A DNA stretch of 64,000 nt from Amoebidium appalachense (Eukaryota > Protista > Ichthyosporea). Below the pieces are notes generated by a model, which was not told the origin of the DNA, ran no database searches, and saw only the letters and a program-made list of their open reading frames with translations. Shown piece after piece: positions 10,196 to 35,891 of the stretch (positions within the stretch are counted from its first letter, which is position 1; each line of letters begins with the position of its first letter). The DNA lies in assembly GCA_963693365.1 (NCBI GenBank), contig CAVNZM010000007.1:10971962-11035961 (forward strand), read 5' to 3'. Both the position numbers and the translations under genes were made by a program.

Positions 10196-10938
10196 TCTTT
10201 GCGTCCATCACCAAAAACAGAAAAAAAGAAAACAAGAAAACAAAAAGAAAGTGAAAACGACAGGGTGTATCCACAGCAACGCTACGGGTTCAAGTTGGGT
10301 GTGAGATGATAATCTACAAGCAGGGTCCTCAAAAGTAGCCACGGCCCGTGTTGTTTGTTTACAACAGCTAAAAAAGGCTATACGTCACACCATAAATGGG
10401 TCTTGTTCGAACAGCAACCAATGGTATACTGCACTCGAGGGGTGTAAAAGCATTGCTCTCCTATTTCTTTGTTGAAAGTTTGAACGCAGCGTTTTCCCCC
10501 CCACATCATAATGCAATACAGCATGCACTCAGATCAATCATTCAAGCCTTGCAGCAGTCACTGTGGCTCCTTGATTAATGATCCTCGATATCCATATTCA
10601 CCTACCGTCACGCTCTCGCTGTGCCGAAAAGTCCATATGCAACACACACCCAGCCGCTGGGCTTTCAAACCTATATATGTCTTCGCTCATGGAAAGCTTC
10701 AGCCCCGTCGGACCATTTTTACGGGAAATAACTCCGTTTTTTGAGGGGGAGTTGAGATTAATGTTGAAGATTAATCACTCTAATTGACCGATTTTCCAGA
10801 ATTCCCGGGATACAAGATTGATTAATCTTGAAGATTAATCTAAAACATGGGGGTTAATCGTAATTCCGATTCGTAATCCCTGAGACTATCTGTAATCCTA
10901 TTGGACGATGTATTCGCGGACTGGCATCCGCGCAGGTA

Positions 10939-11374
10939 TGGTGCCGGACATCGTAGATGGCACCCTATAGATATCTGGCCCCCCGATCGCGATACCGTGA
11001 AGGCGAAAGCAGTTTAGAGGTCCTCTCGACGAGAGGATCACGCCCATACCTTTTTTTTCGCGATATGTCTATTATGAAAAAACGATGACGTCATAGGCCC
11101 TCAAACCCTTAATTAATGAGTAATTAGTGTTTTATTAGTAATAGTTAGCGCGTAATTAGCGCGTAATTAGTTGTTTGCGCAAATGTTGGGCAAAATTTAT
11201 GCTAATTAAGTGCAGTTTCTTGGCGTCCATGTATCAACTGTTCGTGTCGGTAATCAACGTTCTCGGAGCCTGTTACTCGGACACGGCTTGTCTGCACGCA
11301 ACCATGGTTCTCTATGAGGACATAACGAGACCCCGCCGTCTCACTTCAGACAACCCAGATTACACGTGTGTGTG

Positions 11375-11450
<76 letters not shown>

Positions 11451-11691
11451 TGTCTGTGTGCACGTGCTCGTGCGCATGTGTGCAGAACTCAAGGGAAGGG
11501 GAGAAGGGGGGGGGGGGGAGGGGGGGGGGGGGGTTTAGGAGTGCAACAGTGAGGATCAATGTTCGATCCCCCCCTCCTTCCCCTCCCCCCCCCCCCCCTC
11601 CCCCCCCCTTTCTCCCCTCCCCCCTCTCCCTCCCCTCCCCCCCCCCCCCCCCCCCCCCCTTCTTCCCCCTTCCCCCTGTGTGTATGATGTG

Positions 11692-11730
<39 letters not shown>

Positions 11731-11735
11731 CGTGT

Positions 11736-11803
<68 letters not shown>

Positions 11804-12023
11804 ACGTGCGCGTGCGCTTGTGTGCAGAACGCAAGGGGGAGGAGAAAGGGGGGGGGGGGGGTTGGAGGAATGCAACAGTGAGGATAAATGTCTGACCCCC
11901 CTCTCCTCCCCCCCCCCCCCCCCCCCCTTTTTCCCTCCCTCCCCTCTCTCTCCCTCCCCCCCTCCCTCCCTTCTTCCCCCTTCTCCCTGTGTGTGTGTAT
12001 ATATGTGCTGAACTTCAAGCTTA

Positions 12024-12061
<38 letters not shown>

Positions 12062-12973
12062 TCATGAGCGGCAACAGAGACACTGGATTTTTTTTTTTTT
12101 TTTCGCTTTGTTTTTCCGTGACTCTCCGGAGAGGTGTTGGGACAACCGTGCCTCCCCTTGTTGGGCACGAGTTTGCCTGAATTGTATGCTAGGAGGGGCT
12201 CTAACAGGTCTATCATATCGGGTGTGTCGGTGTCTACAACAGGCTCGGGTAACTCAGAATCGTCAGCCTCCTTGCCCCCCGTCATCCTCGCCCCCCTCAC
12301 ACATGGCTACACGTTTACCAGGCCTGAGCTCTGCAGAAAGCTCTCCCGCAGAACGCTTCAACTTAACGGGGGCCTTTGCCGCTGTTCGGCATTGTTTGGT
12401 CCTATTGCTAACACGCCCCATGGTTATGCTTCACTCAAACTAACGCCGCCCCTGGTCCCGAGCGGGGAACCAAGAGCGGCACTTCTAGCACAAGGCAACA
12501 ACTACAGGCTATGGGTAACCATTTGCTAGCAACTAACCCACCCTGCCGAGCCCCCTCCCGAAAACCCCTACCCACCAACTCAGATGGTGTATCAGTGAAA
12601 TTTGTGAAAATGAGCTTCTGAAATAAAGGCCACAGACAAGTGCCAGTGGTATGGCTCGACAGGTCTCGTCGAGACGAGTCCAAAAATGCAAAGAAAGTGC
12701 TTGCTCGACTATGAGGGTATCGAGATATGCATGTGGTAAAAAGCGATGACGTCATATGCACCCCTCATCGGGGTCAAAATTTTCACTATTAGAAAAACTT
12801 TTTATTTTTCAAGATGTTTCAGCCGCTCAAAGCGTAGCCCCCAAGCACTCGATGAGACCTGTCCAAAAATGCAATTTGCGCCCCACCACACCCACATTTA
12901 CATGTTTTATTGAGCTGGATCTATCCATATGATCGGAGTTTCCGGAGGGGTCGATCTACGATGTCCGGCACCA
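10939..12973 (-). mobile_element. Non-autonomous TIR DNA transposon with TA TSD (Tc1/mariner-like)
   Basis: Perfect 20-bp TIRs TGGTGCCGGACATCGTAGAT at 10939-10958 and 12954-12973, each flanked by TA. Broken minus-strand ORF remnant ~12105-12421 (MGRVSNRTKQCR...). Confidence 0.8.
11364..12000. repeat. Tandem duplication of a ~320-bp composite unit: (TG)n, G-run, GCAACAGTGAGGAT, C-run
   Basis: The unique anchors GTGTGCAGAAC-CAAGGG and GCAACAGTGAGGAT-AATGT each occur twice (~11478/11820 and ~11543/11873). Confidence 0.75.
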
Positions 12974-13209
12974 TATATAACGCAGCCGGACCATCCTCAG
13001 ATGGTACCGGAGGATCCGAGATCTCAAACCACTTCCTGCGTACCTCTCTACTCTCGATCTGCTATGTAAAAGTGATTGTCTCTTACAGAGGTCACAGGAC
13101 CGAATCCTGCCTCTGCTCCACATTTATTCTGATACTCATACGCATGTATATCATAGTAGTATGTAGCAGCATAATAACTTGAGTAGCTACAATAATACTT
13201 TATCTGAGA

Positions 13210-13440
<231 letters not shown>

Positions 13441-14051
13441 TCTCTCCCTTTCTCTCTCTCAGACTCTTGCCCCCTAGAGCTCCCTCTCTCTCTGTGTGCG
13501 TGTGTTGTTGTACGTTGTTGTTATTATTATTGTTGTTGTTGCGCCACGGTGGCACGTGTGTACATTTGTGTCACGGTGTGTGTGTGTGTGTACATGTGTG
13601 TGTGTGTGTGTGTGTGTGACAGTGTGTGTGTATGTGTATGTGGTGTGTGTACACAGTGTGTGTGTATGTATGTGTGTCACGTGTGTGTGTGTGGGCGCGT
13701 GTGTGTGATGTCTGCATTAATATTATGTGTGTGTGCTGTAACAGTGCGGTGACGGGCTCTGCGCTGTGTGGTGTGCGGGATATCGAGCGTGTGACCATGA
13801 CAGTGTGTGTGTGTGTGTACCACCAGTGTGCGTGTGTGTGTGTGTTAAAGAGTTTGTTTGTGCAGTAGTAACAGAGAAGGGGGAGAGAGAGAGAGAGAGA
13901 GAAAGCCTGAGATAGAGAGAGATCTAGAGAAAGCATGAGAGTAGAGAGAGGGGGGGGGGGGGGAGGGAGGGAGAGAGAGAGGGAGAGATCTAGCTAGAGC
14001 GAGAGGGAGACTCTGTGACGGAAAGAGAGAGAGAGGGAGAGAGGGGGGGGG

Positions 14052-14095
<44 letters not shown>

Positions 14096-14241
14096 CTAGA
14101 GAGAGAGAGTATGTGTGTGTGTGTGTGTGAGGGCGAGAGAGAAGGGTGTGCCCTGGGGGGGTGGGGGGGGAGAGAGGGAAGAGAGAGAGAGAGAGGGCGT
14201 AGTAGACAGAGAGAGAGACTGTCACGATGTGTGAGTGTATG

Positions 14242-14279
<38 letters not shown>

Positions 14280-14388
14280 ACGGCGTGTGTTTGTCTTTGC
14301 ATGGATGTGCGTGGAGGGGGGGGGGGTGAGGTAGGGGGGGGGGGGGGGGGTTACGTTTGTACGTGTGTATTGCCAAGATGTGTGCTAC

Positions 14389-14444
<56 letters not shown>

Positions 14445-15326
14445 ACGTGTGTGGGTTGGGGGGGGGGGGGGGGGGGGGGGGAGGGGGGTACTACTTTGGT
14501 ATGACAGTGATGGTAAATGTACAGCTTAACAGTTTGCTCAGACTAGTTAGCAACCGTTTTGGGTCCAGCGTGTCAATGGCATGCTGATCATGACCAAATT
14601 GCAACGCAGAATTCGCAATTCTGCATGCACACATAAGGTTTCGCAATGCTTTGCGAAGATTGCTTTCTTTCAACCAGTTACATCAAGGGATGGATTTCAT
14701 TTTCTTTCTCTTATTTCTTTTTGGTTGGATGGGTGTGTGTGTGTGTGTCCGGGGGGGGGAGGGGGAGGGAGGAGGGGGGGGGGGGGGGGGGGGGGGGAGG
14801 GATAATGAACACTATCGAGGATTCCGACAGTATCGAGGACCCCTGACTAGTGTCACTGGCCCGTCAAAATTCATCTGTGCGCAGCGCACTGACGTGAGTT
14901 TACAGACACAGAGGGCACCTTGGCGCCGCCGAACCCAAGAACGCAGCAGCATGTCAGTGCTTACCTCTAACTTTAACCTCGCCATCCTCCCGCCCCACCC
15001 TTCCCTTCCCAGCCCTCCTCTCCCCCCCCTCTCCCCCCTCCCCCCCTTCCCCCCTTCTCCCGCCCTCCTCTCCAATAGACACCCGTCTCTCCACCTGCTG
15101 GCTGCTTTTGCTGCCTTGTGCAATGTTGTCTCCCCCCCCCCCCCCCCCCCCCCCCCCTTCTCCCCCCCCCCTCCCCTCTCCCACCTCTTCCCCAAAACAC
15201 CGTCTCCCTCCACCCCCTCCCCCTCCCCCTGCACGGCTAAGGGGCGCCACACGCAGCAGCGCACATAGGCGACACTTGTGGGCTGACGGGCTGGGGCAGG
15301 GCACGGTCACCTGTGCGGGGGCGCAG

Positions 15327-24061
<8,735 letters not shown>

Positions 24062-24508
24062 GTGTGTATGCATGACCATATGTTTGTGGTAATGTACGTG
24101 TATGTGCACCTTGGATTTTTTTGTTCTAGTGTGTCGCCGTTCCCGAGCATCTTTGTGGCATGCAGGTGCACGTGGCTTGGTGGCTGTATGGTTGCTGCTT
24201 GGGGTCCAGAGTGATTGGGCAGTATGCCGTGACTGTGCTGTGTGTGTGTGTGTGTGTGTATGTGTGTATGTGTCTGTGCCTTTGCGTGTGCGTGTGTGTG
24301 TTTGTGTTTGTGTGCGTGTGTGTCCGTGCATGAGTTCGGGGTTGCACGTGTGTGTGTGTGCGTGTGTGTCCGTGCATGAGTTCGGGGGTTGCACGTGGGT
24401 GTGTGTGTGTGTGTGCACGCGAGCGTCTTCGGTGTCGTTGTGCTTTCATGTCCGTGTATGTGTGCATGTGGGGGAAGAGGGTTTGGAAGGAGGGGTGCAT
24501 GAGGAAGG

Positions 24509-24544
<36 letters not shown>

Positions 24545-25032
24545 GTATTCCAGTCTATGTGTGGTGTGGTTTTGTGTGGCTGCTAGCCGTTCATCTTTCA
24601 TCTGCTGTGGTGGTGTGGGGCAGGCATGGCTGTGAGGGCATGATGCTGCTGAGTGTGGGAGTTGAGCTATTGGAGGTGTGAGGTGGGAGGGTGCTGACAC
24701 GTGCATGCCCCAGGGACAGACGCCGGTCATATTCACGCTGAGGGGCTGCATGGCACGTGCACACACAGAGGGGCCCTGTGCCTGCCTGTGCATGTCAGGA
24801 TGGAGGGTGTGGTCGGGGGTGGCGGGGTTATGTGGGTCGGTGGGGGTGTATGGCCTTCGGGTAGTGGTTTTGGTGGGCGTTGATGGAATGGATAGGTGAC
24901 CGGTATGGGAGGGGTGCTGATCCCCGAAACGGCAAACCCGCATGTGGGGGGGCGGGAGAGGAGGTTTTGATATTGTTTGTGTGTGTGTGCTTGCTTGGAG
25001 GGTGAAGGGGGAACCCTGCACGGCCGGCCCCC

Positions 25033-25068
<36 letters not shown>

Positions 25069-25299
25069 GGGAGGGGGGGGGAGTTGTGTGTGTTTGGGGG
25101 ATTAGGGGGGGGGGGGGGGGGAGGGGGAGAGAGGGGGGGTGGCTTTAAAGTTTACAGAGATGTGAACCTCATACGTCGTATGATATATAATAACCAGATA
25201 ATAAACCACACACCATATTGTGTGCGAACCTCCTCAGGCCACAAAAAGAACAAGAGATCTTGTCTTGTTGCCCCACCCAAAGCAGTGTATGTGCACATG

Positions 25300-25870
25300 T
25301 TAGGGCTATGCATGTGTGCATGATAGGGTTATATATGTATGCATGGTAGGGTTATGCATGTGTGCATGATAGGGTTATATATGTATGCATGGTAGGGTTA
25401 TATGTCTGCATGGTAGGGTTATGTGTGCGCATATGCATGGTAGGGTTATTTATGTGTGCATGGTAGGGTTATTTATGTGTGCAGGGTAGGGTTATTTATG
25501 TGCGCATGGTAGGGTTATTTATGTGTGCATGGTAGGGTTATTTATGTGTGCATGGTAGGGTTATATATGTGTGCATGGTAGGGTTATATGTCTGCATAGT
25601 AGGGTTATGTGTGCGCATATGCATGGTAGGGTTCTATACGTGTGCATGGTAGGGTTATATACGTGTGCATGGTAGGGTTATATACGTGTGCATGGTAGGG
25701 TTTGGGATAGATATGTGTGCATGGTAGGGTTTAAGATATGTATGTGCGTGTGTACATGTGTGTGTGTGCATATTCGGGTTATGTGTGTGTGCATGGTAGG
25801 GTTACACATTGTGTCCATATAGGGTTTGGGACATGTATTTGCGTGTGTGTGCATGGTAGGGTTTAAGATG
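25300..25870. repeat. Minisatellite of ~21-24 bp, core GCATGGTAGGGTTAT
   Basis: About 18 copies of CATGGTAGGGTT with short variable linkers. Confidence 0.92.
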
Positions 25871-25899
25871 AATATTTGCGCACGCATGTGCACCGTGTC

Positions 25900-26008
25900 C
25901 ATGCATATGGTAGGTGTTGGGATATTTTCACGTGCATGCATATGGTAGGTGTTGGGATATTTTCACGTGCATGCATATGGTAGGTGTTGGGATATTTTCA
26001 CGTGCATG
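25900..26008. repeat. Tandem repeat of ~35 bp, three copies (ATGCATATGGTAGGTGTTGGGATATTTTCACGTGC)
   Basis: Direct reading of three consecutive copies. Confidence 0.9.
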
Positions 26009-26530
26009 CGCATCTTTGGTTTCCAATGTGCCATGGTTTGTGTTTGCCCAAGCTGCGGTGTATGGTGCAAGTGGGCCCCGTAGCCCGGGGTAGATGTGTG
26101 TATGTGATATGGGGGTGTGGTTGGGGGTCGAACGGTGTTGTCTGACCAATGCGTAGGAATGTGGACCTCCAGGTGCACGTGCAAGCCTGCTACACGTCGG
26201 TAGCTACACGTGGGCCCTTTATTTCTGCGCAGCAGGCTACTTATCTATAAGTACTATAAATAGCATGTCACCACTTAGGCATCTGGGTACAGTGAATGCA
26301 TGCACCCACACCCATACGTGCGTGCTCGCACTTAAGCAGCCCATGCGCTAACTCTGCACAGGCACGTGCATGCTCTGGCGGGCATCAATCGAATGCCTCT
26401 AATCAACAGCTGCTGTGTGCGTCCTGGCACGTGATTGGCTGGGCCATGCAGCCAGCACTCTAAATCTATATATACAACCCCCAATATATTCATGTACAAC
26501 GCCCAGCCAGCAGACAGGAAAAATAGCCAT

Positions 26531-32107
<5,577 letters not shown>

Positions 32108-33140
32108 GGTGGCGTTTTTTGGGTCAGAAAGAGAAACTGACAACTGAAAAACGAGAAAGAAAACAAAGGGCATCTGGGACAGTGGTTTGGTTATATAGCT
32201 GGTGCCTTGATCTGATTGGTACGCAACATCTCCCCTGATTCCGAGAGTCCAAATGGGGTTCTGTGCCCCTTCAAGGTTTGAAAAAAACATTTCCGGTAAT
32301 AAGTGGCTGAAAGCCGGAAGGTATACACACCCATGGGATTCAAAGTAAAAATTAAATTTAACACTACCGTATGTCATTTACATACTCAATGTGTATTATA
32401 TGAGGGAGACTGACACTAGCCCTCATTTCCCCCCAGCCTGAAAGAGTGCCCCAAAGTTACGCCAATCATCTCTGGGATTTGATCATTTGAAAAAGCACAC
32501 CCATTAGATCAGCCAATGGAACGTTTCAAAACATACTATATATGGCTATATTTTAGGAATCCGGATGCTCAGCTGGAAGCCGGGGCCCGGGGCCGGCCTA
32601 AAAGCAGGGTTGCGTTACGAATCGTATCGGCCTAAAATACGATTTAGGAAACCCCGTAATACGATTAACAGGAGCCATCTAATTAGTCAATACGACCCTG
32701 AAGGGTGTCAAAATCCTCGGAATTTGCCTAAATGCGATTAAGAACGCCAAACCCCGGCAATGCCTGCTTGAGGCTGACTGCTGGCTCAGAAAGTGGCAGA
32801 CTCAGTGTCCATGGACTCCTGTTGCAGGCGTACTGCGGCTGGGGGGGCTTGGTCTCTACTTGCGAGAGGCACCCAACCACCACATCGGTAGTAATATACA
32901 GTAGAGGTAGTGGCTTGTGTGCCTAGAAATTCTGGCGTGTAAGGGATTTTCTGTGCTCGGTCCGTCTCAGATTTGCCCCTTCACCGGTTTATGCTTGGAA
33001 GACCTTGTGTGACTAATTTGTGGAGCTAGTACTCGTGTGTGTGTGTCTGTTGCCCGAAGTAGGGGTTTCAAAGGAAGGGGGGAAAGGGGGGAGGTGGGGA
33101 TCAAGTCAAGGGATTGCAGCCTATTTATGAGGGTCACGAG

Positions 33141-34589
33141 TGTTGGAGTGCAGACTTACGCTCACTCCACAATATGTGTATGTTAGCTTTACAATTGGTT
33201 CCGTGTACACAGACACACGCTGACACTCGATCACCACATGCACATCTGCATAGTTGAGGAATGTTGCCAATTGTGTTTTGACTGCAAACGATTGGTTCAC
33301 TGGTCCCAGAGATCTCTAAATGAAAGTAACCAATCCGATTAGCACCTGGCATCCGGATTACATTCCAGACTGCTGCCCCACGGGTATATAAGCCACGTCT
33401 CTGCCAGGTGCAGACATGGAGTTAAGTCATGGAGTTCAGTCATGGAGTTCAGTCATGGAGTTCAGTCATGGAGTTCAGTCATGGAGTTAACACACTGAAA
33501 GCAGTAAAAAACGGGTCAGCGCCCAAGCGCGCCACGACGAGGGCCTAGTCACAGCGGACTCTACTTCCAATCTCTAAATGAAAGTAACCAATCCGATTAG
33601 CGCCTGGCATCCGGATTACATTCCAGACTGCTGCCCCACGGGTATATAAGCCACGGCTCTGCCAGGTGCAGAAATGGAGTGCAGACATGGAGTTCAGACA
33701 TGGAGTTCAGTCATGGAGTTCAGTCATGGAGTTCAGTCATGGAGTTCAGTCATGGAGTTAACACACTGAAAGCAGTAAAAAACGGGTCAGCGCCCAAGCG
33801 CGCCACGACGACCCTAGTCACAGCGGACTCTACTTCCAACAGGGTTATGGGCCCAGACACGACACCGCGGCCTCTAACTTCACGTCCCCTACGACGCCTT
33901 GAACGGAGGAGCCCAGAAACCGACTTCTAGGCTGTACCCTACACCCGCGAGCGTATTTCCGTGAAGTAGAGACTTTCGCTTCCACAAACTCCATCCGCAG
34001 CAGCCTGCGACATCAACGTCAAGTATTCCACTTCATTGGCGGGGCACGCACCACAGTGGAATGCACACCCCGGTCTACCCTGCAAGCAGCCACACTCACT
34101 CTCTCTTCTCTACAGTGGTGTGTACACTTCTCCAATTGGGTAGGGGTGTTGGAGTGCAGACTTACGCTCACTCCACAATATGTGTATGTTAGCTTTACAA
34201 TTGGTTCCGTGTACACAGACACACGCTGACACTCGATCACCACATGCACATCTGCATAGTTGAGGAATGTTGCCAATTGTGTTTTGACTGCAAACGATTG
34301 GTTCACTGGTCCCAGAGATCTCTAAATGAAAGTAACCAATCCGATTAGCGCCTGGCATCCGGATTACATTCCAGACTGCTGCCCCACGGGTATATAAGCC
34401 ACGGCTCTGCCAGGTGCAGAAATGGAGTGCAGACATGGAGTTCAGACATGGAGTTCAGTCATGGAGTTCAGTCATGGAGTTCAGTCATGGAGTTCAGTCA
34501 TGGAGTTAACACACTGAAAGCAGTAAAAAACGGGTCAGCGCCCAAGCGCGCCACGACGACCCTAGTCACAGCGGACTCTACTTCCAACA
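33141..34589 (+). mobile_element. Non-autonomous TRIM-like LTR retrotransposon (copia-type cis signals)
   Basis: 5' LTR 33141-33841 (3' part duplicated) and 3' LTR 34147-34589 (443 bp), TGTTGGA...TCCAACA. PBS GGGTTATGGGCCCAG at 33842-33856; PPT CCAATTGGGTAGGGG at 34132-34146; 305-bp internal region; TSD ACGAG/ATGAG (1 mismatch). Confidence 0.93.
34431..34508 (+). repeat. 13-bp tandem repeat CATGGAGTTCAGT in the TRIM LTRs (also ~33415-33490 and ~33685-33760)
   Basis: About 6 copies per LTR unit, downstream of TATATAA (34391) and a CCAAT box (~34336). Confidence 0.92.
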
Positions 34590-35891
34590 ATGAGGAGGGT
34601 GGAAGGGATTGTGGGTGACTATTGGTGTCGGTATTGGTGGCCGCATTTGCACATCGTTTTTTTCCGAGGCTTGCAGGCATAGATATTACGACGCCTACTG
34701 CAGTGTGATTTGCAAACATACTTTTCTTGGAACACTCGTTGGCTAGGGGTTTGGAAGGGCAGAATGCTAGCGTGTTGATGATATCGACCATTATGTCGAT
34801 TCGAGGTGCCCATTAATACGTGGTCGCTGATCAGGAAGCACGGAGAATAAAAGCTTAAACGAAACACCACACGTACGGCACAGCTTGCTCGTCCATATAA
34901 ATTTTCTGCAAGTTGGATTTATAGAAGCTGCTACATAGCCTTGTTGGACATTGTGTTCATAGAAGCTAGTTCTAGTGCACGTTGTTCCTTCTGTAAGTCA
35001 GAAATGATTGCATCTTGTGAGGCCAACCTCTGCTCCAGTAGTTGGACTAGTTGCTGCAACTGTAAGTTGTCAGACATAGTGTCGTGTATGATGGGTAACT
35101 AGTCTATGTGTTTTGTGCACTGGAAACGACAGTAGAAAAGTGTAAATCAAACGTTCTGCTTCCCATGTTTGTGACATGGGAGGCACTGCTTTATATAGTC
35201 GTTGGCCACCTCATGGTGGCCTCGTGTGCACCCTGGTGGTGGGCCATGTACAGCATGGCCGAAAAGAGAGCACAATGAAAACAAGTCGTTAAAGATATAA
35301 AAGTTAACTGTGCACGTTGAGTGGCTAGTTAACTTGCACTAAAGCACACAAATAAACGTGTTTAACACACCAATTGCAGTTAAACGTAAATCTTGCTTCA
35401 CACAACTAAAAATATTCTGAGAATATCCGGGAATAAAGCACACTACCACTCTAAGAATAGAATCCTGTGGCAAATATAGACATGACATCATCTGAACCGG
35501 GAATATTAATTAATGAGCACAATTAGCACGTTGCTAGTGAAGCTCGTCATTGGTACAGTTTTGGCTCAAACATATAACTACCATATATGAATATGACCGT
35601 AAACAAAAGCTCTATGCACTCGAGTGAGTGTTGAAACAGTTATTCAATTGCTCAGAAACTTTCTCTAACAGACATTGCTAGCCGGGAGTACCAGTGTACT
35701 CCAACACCCCTACTCAATTGGATAATTGTGGTATGAATTAATGCAACTGAGCTCGAGTGCTTCAGGTGCACAAAATACAGACAATAAAGATTCCCCTACT
35801 CAATTTTAGTATGGTACACGTAGTTGCACAGTCGGATGCAACTCTCTCCCCCCCCTGAAGTATGAGGGCGCAGTTGGTTGATGACGGGTGC

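Noticed and set aside
34498-34870. Short ORFs between the TRIM and copia copy 2
   Set aside because: No recognisable motifs, and removing the TRIM does not extend them.
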